Source: Gammaproteobacteria bacterium
GTDB lineage: Bacteria; Pseudomonadota; Gammaproteobacteria; Eutrophobiales; Eutrophobiaceae
Length of the DNA stretch: 64,000 nt
Assembly (NCBI GenBank): GCA_965222155.1
Contig: CBDCTH010000012.1
Span: 3,072,001-3,136,000, forward strand
Direction: 5' to 3'
Position numbers and translations under genes: made by a program. Shown piece by piece: positions 42,408 to 52,038 of the stretch (position 1 is its first letter; every line of letters begins with the position of its first letter). Under the pieces are notes generated by a model. The model saw only the letters and a program-made list of their open reading frames with translations. It ran no database searches and had not been told where the DNA came from.

Positions 42408-43658
42408 ATGAAACTGCAACGCAGGTTATATACTATTCTTGGCCCCGGGTTGTTGATGGCTGCGGCGTCCATCGGCGTGTCACACCTGGTGCAGGCCACC
42501 CGCGCCGGCGCTATGTACGGGATGGATTTGTTGCTGTTCATCCTGCTGGCTTTTGTCATCAAGTACCCTACTTTTCGTTTCGGACATGCGTACGCGCATG
42601 CGACCGGGCAACACCTGTTGACCGGGTTCCGCAGGCAGGGAACCTGGGCAGTACTACTGTGTGCTGTGGTGATAGTCTGCGTCATGTTTACCGGGTTTGC
42701 GGCAGTCCTGCTGGTGACATCCGGGTTGGCCGTTATCAGTTTTGACCTGGACCTGCCCGTCGCCTTTGTGGCTGCCTGCATCTGCGTTTTTTCCGGCGCC
42801 TGCCTGGTAGTTGGTCAGTATCGGTGGCTGGACGGTATCGTGAAGATAGTGCTCATCGTCCTGTTTATCTCAACCCTGACGGCAACGGCATTAGCCGTGC
42901 CCTTATTCGAATGGCAGCACACCGACCTCTTAACCCCGGATATAGTGAACAGGTCATCACTGCTGTTCCTGGCTGCCTTGATAGGCTTTATGCCGGCGCC
43001 GTTTGAAACCTGTCTCTGGCAGTCGTTATGGCTCCTGGAAAAGGACCAACAGGAGAACCTGTCACGTGCGGAAGTACAACTGGATTATCATGTCGGGTAT
43101 TTCTCCACGCTGTTGACCGCGGTCTGTTTCCTGCTGCTTGGCGCAGCCGTGATGCACGGGTCCGGCCAGCAGTTCTCAGCCGGCGCCGCCGAATTTTCGG
43201 CGCAGCTCATCAACATCTATACGTCGCTTCTGGGCCCGTGGGCCAAGCCGCTCATTGCCATAGCAGCGTTCGCGGTCATGTTGTCAACGGTGCTGGTGAT
43301 ACATGACGGGTACCCGCGTACGGTGTGTGCGCTCCTGGACTGTTTTCGGGATACGGCATTATCGGAAAAACTGCGCGTCAGAATCTACCTGGGCGCAATT
43401 CTGATGATGATCCTGATTTCCCTGTCCATCTTGCTGTTTTTTATCCAGTCCTTTAAAACCCTGATCGATATCGCGACGACCCTGGCGTTTCTCACTGCGC
43501 CGGTACTGGCCTGGTTGATTCACCGATCCATGCACTCGGAGGACGTGCCGGCAGCAATGAAACCCAGCTCGTGGCTGACCCGTTACAGCGTGGCCTGCGT
43601 CTGGGCGCTGACATTGTTTGCGGTGTTCTACCTGGGCGTGCGCCTGCTTACTATATAA
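42408..43658 (+). CDS. NRAMP-like divalent metal transporter
   Basis: LGPGLLMAAASIGVSHLVQATRAGA, GFMPAP, about 11 transmembrane segments. Confidence 0.85.
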   Translation: MKLQRRLYTILGPGLLMAAASIGVSHLVQATRAGAMYGMDLLLFILLAFVIKYPTFRFGHAYAHATGQHLLTGFRRQGTWAVLLCAVVIVCVMFTGFAAVLLVTSGLAVISFDLDLPVAFVAACICVFSGACLVVGQYRWLDGIVKIVLIVLFISTLTATALAVPLFEWQHTDLLTPDIVNRSSLLFLAALIGFMPAPFETCLWQSLWLLEKDQQENLSRAEVQLDYHVGYFSTLLTAVCFLLLGAAVMHGSGQQFSAGAAEFSAQLINIYTSLLGPWAKPLIAIAAFAVMLSTVLVIHDGYPRTVCALLDCFRDTALSEKLRVRIYLGAILMMILISLSILLFFIQSFKTLIDIATTLAFLTAPVLAWLIHRSMHSEDVPAAMKPSSWLTRYSVACVWALTLFAVFYLGVRLLTI

Positions 43659-43711
43659 GGGGGATAGCTTTAAACCTGTCCCCATTGAGGCCCCCTGTCT
43701 GCTATCCGGTA

Positions 43712-44600
43712 ATGAAGAAAGTTGTAGCAAACAGCATTACGGATAACGCCGAACGCCTACCACATCATCCGGCGCTTATCGACCGGGGCAGGACATATCC
43801 CTTCCTGCAGCATGCAAATCGGGTCTGCCAGCGGGTCGATGCGCTGGAGCAAGCCGGTTGCCGGCGCCGGGACCGGATTGCCGTTCTGTCCCGTAACTGT
43901 GCCGAGTACCTGGAAATCTACGGCGCCTGTGAGTTGGGCGGGTGTATTGCAGCGCCGGTCAACCATCGGCTGGCGGCGGCCGAAATCAACCATATAGTCG
44001 GCGATACCACAGCGATGTTCTATAGTGCAGAATATCTGCAACTGGCCCACCACCTGCACGGTGCGGCCAGTTACATACAACAGGAGTTTAACCCGGCTGT
44101 CATCTGGGACACCCTGCAAACGGAAGGCATTACCACCCTGCAACTGGTTCCGACCATGATCGAAATGCTGCTTGCTGATGACTATGCAGTCGGTCGTAAT
44201 CCGGCCCGGGTGAAGACTATTTTCTATTCCACCGCACCGATAAGGGAAGCATTATTGAGGAAGGCCCGGGCCGTATTCGGCCCGGTCTTTATCCAGCAAT
44301 ACGGTTCCACCGAGGGTGGTTCCGTATCGACCCTGACGAAGAACCAGCACCAGCCAGACGGGACTGGAGAACAGCAACGCCGCTTGTTGTCTGCCGGCCA
44401 GGTCTGTGACGGTGTGGAGATTAAGATCGTCAAGCCAGACGGGACTGTTGCCGATACCGGCGAGACGGGCGAGATTGTCGTGCGTCATCCCGATATCATG
44501 CTGGAATACTGGAACGATCCGAAAGTAACCGCTGCATCCATAAGGGACGGCTGGCTGGGCATGGGAGATATAGGGTACCTGGATGGCCAGGGGTTTCTTC
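43712..44600 (+). pseudogene. AMP-binding acyl-CoA synthetase fragment (internal deletion, truncated by IS5 remnant)
   Basis: YGSTE, GEIVVR, GDIGYLD present; P-loop TSGTTG region and C-terminal domain absent. Confidence 0.8.
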
Positions 44601-44996
44601 AGGGTGTGGCCGTCATACGGGCTGCCCGGCAAGGCCATGCCCCCGACCACAAAGTTACTCTTGTTGGTGGTGGCAATGCTCACCTTCACCCCGACTTCAT
44701 TGCGCCCATCCCCCTGCTCAACTCCATACAGAGCTTGCCCCTGCGGTTGTAAGCAGGGGGGCAGGCTCTGGGCGCAACCCTGCGGGCGGCTTGCGCCGTG
44801 CACAAATTTACCTGGAGCTGTTGAACAGTCGAGCCACGCGAGACTAGCCCCAACGGGGCAAAGTACAGGACGTACTTTGTAAATCGTCTGTCCTGTTGCT
44901 GTCCGTCGGATAACTCACCGCCTTCTCCTGTACCGTGGTGTCCACCGTTACCCGTTTGAAGTCCATCGTCTTCACTGCCTTGCTCTGCACCCCCAC
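44588..44996 (-). mobile_element. IS5-family transposase remnant, interrupted by a family C repeat
   Basis: FKRVTVDTTVQEKAVSYPTD (44900-44996) and GVKVSIATTNKSNFVVG..ALPGSPYDGHTL (44588-44697). Confidence 0.85.
44698..44895. repeat. Family C repeat, expanded form
   Basis: Near-identical to 48609-48816. Confidence 0.88.
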
Positions 44997-45181
44997 ATGG
45001 AATGGAATCGACGGCATTACGTGAAACGGATCGAATAGGCAAACATTTCATCAGACGGTTTACCGGCAAGTACGATGAGAGCGAAAACCAGATTTATACA
45101 GAGGGAGAACTCGTTTTCGACACGATTAAAAATCCAACAAACCATTTGACCATCGAACATTTTTGTTCGATACTGACGACT

Positions 45182-45610
45182 ATGAAAGGGAGCGAATTTA
45201 TAAAACGGATAAGAAAACTGGCAAAAGCAAACGGTTTGCCATTCCAGGTAAGAAGGGAACGTGGAAAAGGCAGTCACATAACGCTGTATTATGCTGACCG
45301 TCATAGCATTCTCAGGGCAACCGCATACTTTTGAATTCAGACGTTTTTGCCCGATTCCGTCATTCTGGCGCAGGCCAGAATCCAGTGAATAACCCTTCAT
45401 TACCCTGATCATGCGCTGTTGTTTGACTGGATGCTGGCATTCGCCAGCATGACGGGCGGCGTTGTCCGGTTGGTTTCCTGTCTTCTGCAACAGAATCCAA
45501 AAGTATGCGGTTGCCCTGATAGCATTCTGAGAAATCCGAAAGATGAGTTGAAAACAGGGACTTACCATGCCATGTTGAGACAATTGGGAATTGATAAGTC
45601 GGAGATATAG
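45182..45610 (+). pseudogene. hicA: HicA toxin disrupted by a MITE
   Basis: MKGSEFIKRIRKLAK...GKGSHITLYY..HSIL|RNPKDELKTGTYHAMLRQLGI after removing 45313-45528. Confidence 0.9.
45313..45518. mobile_element. Family B MITE copy 1 (206 bp, 21-bp TIR, 10-bp target duplication)
   Basis: CAGGGCAACCGCATACTTTTG...CAAAAGTATGCGGTTGCCCTG; ATAGCATTCT at 45303-45312 and 45519-45528. Confidence 0.95.
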
Positions 45611-45613
45611 ACC

Positions 45614-46039
45614 ATGAAGTATATTTATCCCGTTATACCCACCGAAGACAAAGATGACGGCGGATACGTTGTTACCTGCCGTGACCTGCCGGAAGTGATC
45701 ACTCAGGGCGATACGATTGAAGAAGCCCTTGAATCAGCCGCGGATGCCTTGGATGAAGCCATTTGTGGCTGTATCAATCACGGCAGGGATATTCCAGAAC
45801 CTACGGCGAAACAAGCCAATGAACATCTGGTATCCGTACCTGTGACTACTGCGCTGAAAGCGGCCGCTTACACCAGGTTCCGCGAATCCGGTCAGACCAA
45901 GGTGGCGATTGCCAAATCCCTGGATCTGAAAGAAAGCGAAGTGCGTCGTATCCTTGATCCGCGCCATGGCACTAAGGCCGCTACCCTGGAGCGTTTTATC
46001 CGATCATTAGGCGGCGATGTACTGGTGAGCGCCGGTTAG
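45614..46039 (+). CDS. hicB: HicB antitoxin
   Basis: YPV...DGGYVVT.RDLPE.ITQGDT.EEA; C-terminal HTH with RILDPRHGTK. Confidence 0.9.
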   Translation: MKYIYPVIPTEDKDDGGYVVTCRDLPEVITQGDTIEEALESAADALDEAICGCINHGRDIPEPTAKQANEHLVSVPVTTALKAAAYTRFRESGQTKVAIAKSLDLKESEVRRILDPRHGTKAATLERFIRSLGGDVLVSAG

Positions 46040-46045
46040 GAGATA

Positions 46046-46728
46046 ATGAATTCACCCCCCGCCAAACCTTACCTCTCCAAATCCCGCTTGATCTCGGTCT
46101 GGCAGTGCAGGAAGAAACTTCACCTGGAAGTGCATAACCCGGAACTTGCAGAGACGAGCTCTATGGCGGAGTCATTGTTTGCGACCGGGAACCAGGTGGG
46201 GGAAATAGCTCAGCAGGTGTTCGGATCGGCGCATGGGGTGGAAATACCGTTCACCGGTGGATTGAGTGACGCGCTAAGGACAACGGCTGAGCTTATCGCA
46301 AACGGCCACAACATCCCCGTATATGAAGCCACGTTTCAGCACGACGGGGTGCTGGTGCGCGTCGATGTCCTGTTGCCGCTTGAAAACGGCGGGTGGCGCG
46401 CGATAGAAGTGAAAGCGGCCGCCAGTGTCAAGTCTCACCACGAAATGGATTGCGCCATTCAGTACTGGGTGCTGAGGAACATATGTACACGACCTATGAG
46501 AAACTCATCATCAACAGGTTGATTGAAATGTTTCCGGACCTGGCGCCGTCGCTAGGGCGGATTGTCGAACGCCTGGTGGACTTGCATCCGATTAATCCCG
46601 AAACCACGCCTGAAAGAAAAGTGGAGCTTGAGGAACAGTTGCTCCGTTACTGTCGGTTTGATACCGAAGCAATGGTGAAAATCGTACGGTTTTTGACGTC
46701 TGTAAGCCCGGCTGATAGGCTGATTTAA
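46046..46728 (+). pseudogene. DUF2779-like nuclease-domain protein remnant (large internal deletions)
   Basis: LSKSR..QC.K, YEATF, RVDVL, IEVK..D.AIQYWVL, then LVDL..I, LLRYCRFDTEAM in another frame. Confidence 0.7.
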
Positions 46729-47292
46729 ATGGATATTGGGGAACCGATAAAATCACTTGGCACAGTGGACATGGAACCATTGCGCGCACGCATCCTCGCC
46801 CAGGAAGAGTCCGCCTGGTATGAACAGAAACTGCGCCAGAACGAATATGACGTTCACCGCTATACGGAATCCATCGTGCTGGTTTTTACCGATGGGTCCG
46901 GCTGGCCGAATATCGAAGTCAGCAAGCAGCCCGGTTGGGGGCGGCTGGTCGGGGAGGCCATGCCGTTGATGCACGGGATTATCGGCAGCTTTTATCCGGC
47001 CGGCGGTACCATAATCCGCGCCATGGCGGCGAAATTACTTGCCGGCGGGAAAATCAAGCCCCACCGGGATGCGCATCCGTCATTTCACTACAGTCACCGT
47101 ATCCATGTTCCCATTACCACCAATCCCCGGGTCCGGTTCATGCTCGACGGGCGCCCGTACCGGCTGGAGGTGGGGCAGGCCTACGAAATCAACAACCAGA
47201 AAGTACACAGCGTGATGAACAAGGGCACACAGGACAGGATTACGTTTATCTTCGATTACGTGCCGCCCGGCGGCCATGCTACGGCGCAGTAA
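46729..47292 (+). CDS. Aspartyl/asparaginyl beta-hydroxylase domain protein (2OG-Fe(II) oxygenase)
   Basis: IKPHRD (HxD), RIHVPI.TN, HSVMN..DRITFIFD. Confidence 0.85.
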   Translation: MDIGEPIKSLGTVDMEPLRARILAQEESAWYEQKLRQNEYDVHRYTESIVLVFTDGSGWPNIEVSKQPGWGRLVGEAMPLMHGIIGSFYPAGGTIIRAMAAKLLAGGKIKPHRDAHPSFHYSHRIHVPITTNPRVRFMLDGRPYRLEVGQAYEINNQKVHSVMNKGTQDRITFIFDYVPPGGHATAQ

Positions 47293-47370
47293 CGCGGGTT
47301 GCATAATCGCCGTACAGGACAGGTAAAAAGATGAGCCGGGGAGTTTATTCATTTTTGCGGGCACACAACC

Positions 47371-47553
47371 TCCGAACCCTTGACCAGAGGCCATGAACTG
47401 TGATCCCTGCCCAATGTCATCATTATACCCCATGTCGCATATATGACTGACCGGAGAATCGAATGCAACCGGCTGGTTGTCACGGAAAATCTGTGCCGCT
47501 ATATCAATGGCGAGCGCCTGCTGAATGTTGTGGATATCGACCGGGGTTATTGA
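47371..47553 (+). pseudogene. D-2-hydroxyacid dehydrogenase C-terminal fragment
   Basis: EPL...HEL*SLPNVIIIPHVA...ENL.RYINGERLLNVVDIDRGY*, with TGA at the expected Trp. Confidence 0.75.
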
Positions 47554-47594
47554 TCGGAAACCGTATACAGCGCATGCCTGAAAACAAGCCGTAT

Positions 47595-48512
47595 ATGCCA
47601 AGGTTAATTGCCACCTCCGTAGTGCGCGGCAGCGAGCAGGGGGACAGCCACGGCGGGATCTTTAGCGTGGATTTCGAGAAGCAGGAAGCATTCCAGCATG
47701 TTGACTGGAACACCTCGGAGATTGATTTTTCCGGACGCGGCTGGGACCGGGGCCTGCGCGGCATCGAGTTTCATAACGACGAGATTTACATTGCCGCCAG
47801 CGATGAGTTGTTCGTCTATGACCAGGATTTTCAGATCCGCCGCTCTTTCAGGAACCCTTATCTCAAACATTGCCATGAGATTTGCAAAAAAGACAACCTG
47901 CTGTTTCTGACTTCTACGGGTTATGACAGTATTCTGGTCTTCGACCTGTCGGCTGAGGAATTTATCTGGGGCCTGTGTCTGGAAAAACAGTATTCCCGGT
48001 GGCAGACTCAACGATTTGACCCCCGTTCCACTGAAGGTCCGGCCCTGGTCAACAACCTGCACCTGAACATGGTTTCCGTACATGATACCGGTGTCTATTT
48101 CAGTGGCCTACGCACTGGCGCCCTGCTGCATTTCGGAAAAGATTTCGAGGTGTCCGAAATCTGTAATTTACCGGCCGGCAATCATAACGCCCGGCCGTTC
48201 AGGGATGGGGTCCTGTTCAATGACACAAAATCTGATTGCGTCCGCTATGTTGGCCGCAACGGTGGTGACCAGGCGTTCAGGATCAGGCGCTACCCGGAAC
48301 AAGAAATCCGGTTTGCCGGCATTGACGATTCTAAAATAGCCCGCCAGGGCTTCGGTCGAGGTCTGTGCCCCTTATCGGACAGGTTTATTGCGGGCGGCTC
48401 CTCGCCTTCCACGATCAGCGTATACGATCTCTACTCAGGTAAAATGGTTGTCAGCGTCAATCTGTCCATGGATATCAGGAATGCGATCCACGGCCTGGAA
48501 GTCTGGCCGTAG
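47595..48512 (+). CDS. Hypothetical beta-propeller protein (DUF4915/TIGR03032-like)
   Basis: RGLRGI, HCHEI, LHLN.V, HNARP, FGRGLC motifs. Confidence 0.6.
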   Translation: MPRLIATSVVRGSEQGDSHGGIFSVDFEKQEAFQHVDWNTSEIDFSGRGWDRGLRGIEFHNDEIYIAASDELFVYDQDFQIRRSFRNPYLKHCHEICKKDNLLFLTSTGYDSILVFDLSAEEFIWGLCLEKQYSRWQTQRFDPRSTEGPALVNNLHLNMVSVHDTGVYFSGLRTGALLHFGKDFEVSEICNLPAGNHNARPFRDGVLFNDTKSDCVRYVGRNGGDQAFRIRRYPEQEIRFAGIDDSKIARQGFGRGLCPLSDRFIAGGSSPSTISVYDLYSGKMVVSVNLSMDIRNAIHGLEVWP

Positions 48513-48567
48513 GCCTAGCCCGGATTTCTCACCAAGCCGCTTGTTGCCAGCGGATATGAATATCCCA

Positions 48568-48608
48568 TGCATAAGGGGACGGATTTGAAATCCGTCCCCG
48601 GAGAGATG
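48568..48608. repeat. Family D palindrome unit (41 bp, exact inverse of 61962-62002)
   Basis: GGGGACGGATTTGAAATCCGTCCCC core. Confidence 0.9.
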
Positions 48609-48816
48609 CATTGCGCCCATCCCCCTGCTCAACTCCATACAGAGCTTGCCCCTGCGGTTGTAAGCAGGGGGGCAGGCTCTGGGCGCAACCCTGCGGGCGG
48701 CTGTCGCCGTGCATAAATTCGCCTGGAGCTGTTGAACAGTCGAGCCGCGCGAGACTGGCCCCGACGGGGCAAAGTACAGGACGTACTTTGTAAATCGGCT
48801 ATCCTGCCGATTTGTC
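48609..48816. repeat. Family C repeat, expanded form
   Basis: Core of 24379-24451 with two internal inserts. Confidence 0.88.
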
Positions 48817-48952
48817 AGCGCAGCGCCTGCCTGCCGCCTGCCGTTCACGCTATGGTGCGCCATAGCGTGGCCGTTAATCGGTTCCGGGATGGTGAAAATC
48901 AGCACGCACAGTGCGAGCAGACCGGCCAGTAAGCCGAGTAGTATAAGGATGG

Positions 48953-49158
48953 CAGGGCAAACGCATACTTTTGAATTCAGATGTTTTTGCCCGATTCCGT
49001 CATTCTGGCGCAGGCCAGAATCCAGTGAATAACCCTTCATTACCCTGAGCCTGCGCTGTTGTTTGACTGGATGCTGGCATTCGCCAGCATGACGGGCGGT
49101 GTTGTCCGGTTGGTTTCCTGTCGTCTGCAACAGAATCCAAAAGTATGCGGTTGCCCTG
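48953..49158. mobile_element. Family B MITE copy 2 (206 bp, 10-bp target duplication)
   Basis: ATAAGGATGG at 48943-48952 and 49159-49168; splits a minus-strand membrane-protein start (ATG 49175, MRPIL|ILLGLLAGLL). Confidence 0.95.
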
Positions 49159-49303
49159 ATAAGGATGGGACGCATTGATTTTTTATTCCGTGAACCGTTT
49201 CAATCTATGCTATGATGCATAATTTACTGCCGTTCTTCGATGAAATCATTCTGATTATTTTATAACGTTATACAATTACGCGCCGAAGCTCGCGGATCTT
49301 GAA

Positions 49304-49378
49304 TGGGGCGTAGCCAAGTGGTAAGGCACAGGGTTTTGATCCCTGCATTCCCAGGTTCGAATCCTGGCGCCCCAGCCA
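49304..49378 (+). tRNA. tRNA-Gln (TTG)
   Basis: TGGGGCG acceptor stem, TTG anticodon, GGTTCGAATCC, CCA end; canonical position before prs. Confidence 0.97.
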
Positions 49379-49380
49379 AA

Positions 49381-49627
49381 TAACCCGGATATTGCGCCAG
49401 TCCGCTTGGAGGAATACTAAAATTCATCTGACATCAGATAGTTATATGGTAAATTCTAAATTTTGTAGCTTTACAAACTACGCTGGATGCGCCCTCACTT
49501 GTCTTTTTTACGCTGACGGGTACGTGCTCCCTCAACCAGAGTACCAGCTATGCTTTTGGTCGCATGCACCCGTCAGCGTAAAAAATCCTACGTGATCTTC
49601 GCATCCACTGGTGCAATATCCGGGTTA
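49381..49627. mobile_element. Family A MITE copy 3 (247 bp)
   Basis: TAACCCGGATATTGCGCCAGT ... ACTGGTGCAATATCCGGGTTA; 2 bp after the tRNA CCA. Confidence 0.88.
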
Positions 49628-49647
49628 ACAATCAGCAGGGAAAATCA

Positions 49648-50601
49648 ATGTCATTAGACGATGTAATGCTGTTTTCCGGTAACGCTAACCCGGTATTGGC
49701 GGTAGATATCGCGCGCAACCTGAATATGCCCCTGGGCAAAATCAACGTGGACCGTTTCAGCGACGGCGAGATTATGGTTGAGATTGCAGAGAATGTACGC
49801 GGACGGGATGTATTCATCCTGCAATCCCTGTGTTCACCGGCAAATGATAATTTAATGGAGATGATGATCATTGCGGATGCTTTGAGGAGAGCGTCGGTAG
49901 AGCGGGTCACGGCGGTGATTCCCTATATGGGTTATGCCCGCCAGGATCGCAGGCCCAGGTCAGCCAGGGTTCCTATAACGGCCAAGGTGGTGGCGGATAT
50001 GATAGGGATCATGGGCATCTCCAGGGTATTGACGGTAGACCTTCATGCCGATCAGATTCAGGGGTTTTTTGATATGCCGCTGGATAATGTATATGCATCC
50101 CCGGTGTTGTTGGGTGATATATGGAAGCACAAATATGAAAAACAAATCGTGGTATCCCCTGACGTGGGTGGCGTGGTAAGAGCGCGTGCTATAGCCAAGC
50201 GACTCGATGATATGGATTTGGCTATTATCGATAAACGGCGGCCGAAGGCGAATGAGTCCGAGATAATGAATATTATCGGCGACGTGAGAGGCCGGACCTG
50301 CATTATCGTTGATGATATGGTGGACACGGCCGGCACGCTGTGTAACGCGTCTAACGCCCTCAAGGATTTCGGTGCTGACCAGGTCGTCGCGTACTGTACG
50401 CACCCGGTATTGTCCGGCAGGGCGCTCGATAACATCAACGCATCGAGCCTGGATGAATTGGTCGTCACGGATACCATCCCGTTGCATGAAGCCGCTGCTG
50501 AATGTGATAGAATCCGCCAACTCAGTGTAGCCACAATGCTGGCGGAAAGTATCCGTCGGATTTCTGAAGGTGAATCGCTGAGTTCAATGTTTATTGATTG
50601 A
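49648..50601 (+). CDS. prs: Ribose-phosphate pyrophosphokinase
   Basis: [28 protein letters not shown]. Confidence 0.97.
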   Translation: MSLDDVMLFSGNANPVLAVDIARNLNMPLGKINVDRFSDGEIMVEIAENVRGRDVFILQSLCSPANDNLMEMMIIADALRRASVERVTAVIPYMGYARQDRRPRSARVPITAKVVADMIGIMGISRVLTVDLHADQIQGFFDMPLDNVYASPVLLGDIWKHKYEKQIVVSPDVGGVVRARAIAKRLDDMDLAIIDKRRPKANESEIMNIIGDVRGRTCIIVDDMVDTAGTLCNASNALKDFGADQVVAYCTHPVLSGRALDNINASSLDELVVTDTIPLHEAAAECDRIRQLSVATMLAESIRRISEGESLSSMFID

Positions 50602-50611
50602 GAGTTATGAA

Positions 50612-51265
50612 ATGCAAGTTTATGAATTAAAGGCAGAGCCCCGGAACGAGCTGGGAAAGAGCGCCAGTCGCAGCCTGCGCCGTTCAGGTAGAATCCCCGG
50701 CACCGTATATGGGGCAAATAAAGAACCGCAATCCATCTCGTTGTTACATGATGAGGTATTGCACCAGCTTGAGCATGAGGCTTTTTACTCAAGCATCCTG
50801 ACCATCAGTGTCAGTGCTGAGAGTGAACGTGTAGTCGTAAAGGATTTACAAAGACATCCCTATAAACCCGATATTCTGCATATAGATTTTCTGCGTATTG
50901 ACGAAAAGCAGAAAATTACCATGCGGGTGCCGATACATTTTCTCAATGAGCAGCAGTGCGTGGGTGTCAAGAGCGGCGGCGGTGTGGTGAGTCGCATCAT
51001 GACCGAACTGGAAATAAGTTGTTTACCCGGGGACCTTCCTGAGTATATCGATGTGGACCTGGCAAATGTGAACGTGGGAGAATCCGTGCATCTCAGTGAT
51101 ATCGTGCTGCCTGAGGGAGTAGAAATCTACGCCTTGCAACATGGCGGTGACAGCTCGTCTTCGGTGGCATCCGTGAACGTGCCCAAGATAAGCAGTGACG
51201 ACATAGAAGAGCAGGAAGAAGAGCAGGAAGAGTTTGAGGAAGAAAATGAAGCAGACGAAAGCTGA
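50612..51265 (+). CDS. rplY: 50S ribosomal protein L25/Ctc
   Basis: GKSASRSLR, IPG.VYG, QRHP, HIDF. Confidence 0.95.
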   Translation: MQVYELKAEPRNELGKSASRSLRRSGRIPGTVYGANKEPQSISLLHDEVLHQLEHEAFYSSILTISVSAESERVVVKDLQRHPYKPDILHIDFLRIDEKQKITMRVPIHFLNEQQCVGVKSGGGVVSRIMTELEISCLPGDLPEYIDVDLANVNVGESVHLSDIVLPEGVEIYALQHGGDSSSSVASVNVPKISSDDIEEQEEEQEEFEEENEADES

Positions 51266-51307
51266 TCCTTTACCATCAACGGCTAACTGAAATCATCTCC
51301 TTTCCGG

Positions 51308-51919
51308 GTGAGCGAACCAACCGGGTTGAAACTCATTGCAGGCCTGGGTAATCCGGGCACAGATTATTCGGCGACGCGTCACAACGCCGGTTTCTGGTTT
51401 GTTGACAGGCTTGCCGCTCAACACCAGGTCCGCTTCACCGCGGAGACGAAATTCTCCGGCGATCTCGCCCGAATCAAGGCTCCCGGAATTAATTGCCTGC
51501 TTTTCAAACCGGCCACCTACATGAATAACAGTGGACGCGCGCTCCGGGCCGTCGCCGATTACTACCGGATTGAGACCACCCAGATCCTGGTTGTCCATGA
51601 TGAGATAGATCTGGATGCCGGCGTCATTCGTTTGAAAAAGGGCGGCGGTCATGGCGGACATAAAGGGTTGCGTGACATCAGTGAAAAACTCGGCGATACC
51701 GATTACCTGAGACTGAGAATAGGCATGGGCCACCCGGGAAATAAAACCAGGGTGCTGGCACACGTACTTGGGCGGCCAGGAAATCAGGATGTGGAATTGA
51801 TCAATATTGCGCTACAAAGGGGAATGGACATACTGCCGCTGCTGTTCACCGGAGAACTTGGCAAGGCCATGACCTGCTTGCATACGAATCCTGCACCCAG
51901 CACCCCAGCTGGCGATTGA
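51308..51919 (+). CDS. pth: Peptidyl-tRNA hydrolase
   Basis: GLGNPG, TRHNAGF, YMNNSG, HDEID, GGHKG. Confidence 0.96.
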   Translation: MSEPTGLKLIAGLGNPGTDYSATRHNAGFWFVDRLAAQHQVRFTAETKFSGDLARIKAPGINCLLFKPATYMNNSGRALRAVADYYRIETTQILVVHDEIDLDAGVIRLKKGGGHGGHKGLRDISEKLGDTDYLRLRIGMGHPGNKTRVLAHVLGRPGNQDVELINIALQRGMDILPLLFTGELGKAMTCLHTNPAPSTPAGD

Positions 51920-52038
51920 CAGGATGGGCTAGTATCTTAACCCATACCGTACTACAGCCAACCCAAAGGAGCATCAGGCGGCCTTTTACAGGGGTGATTT
52001 TGAGGGGGCATCCGTCAACTCCATTGAAGTAACAGGGG

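Noticed and set aside
46046-46728. Functional Cas4-like nuclease or CRISPR system
   Set aside because: Heavily deleted DUF2779-like remnant; no cas genes or array present.
47401-47403. Selenocysteine or recoded TGA
   Set aside because: It falls at an expected Trp in a fragment lacking its N-terminus; TGA is used as a stop throughout the window.
48435-49175. 246-aa novel protein (also 45017-45583, 44252-44803, 24183-24643)
   Set aside because: Chimeric read-throughs of MITE and repeat sequence.
49304-49378. Prophage or ICE attachment at tRNA-Gln
   Set aside because: No integrase, phage genes or duplicated tRNA end seen.
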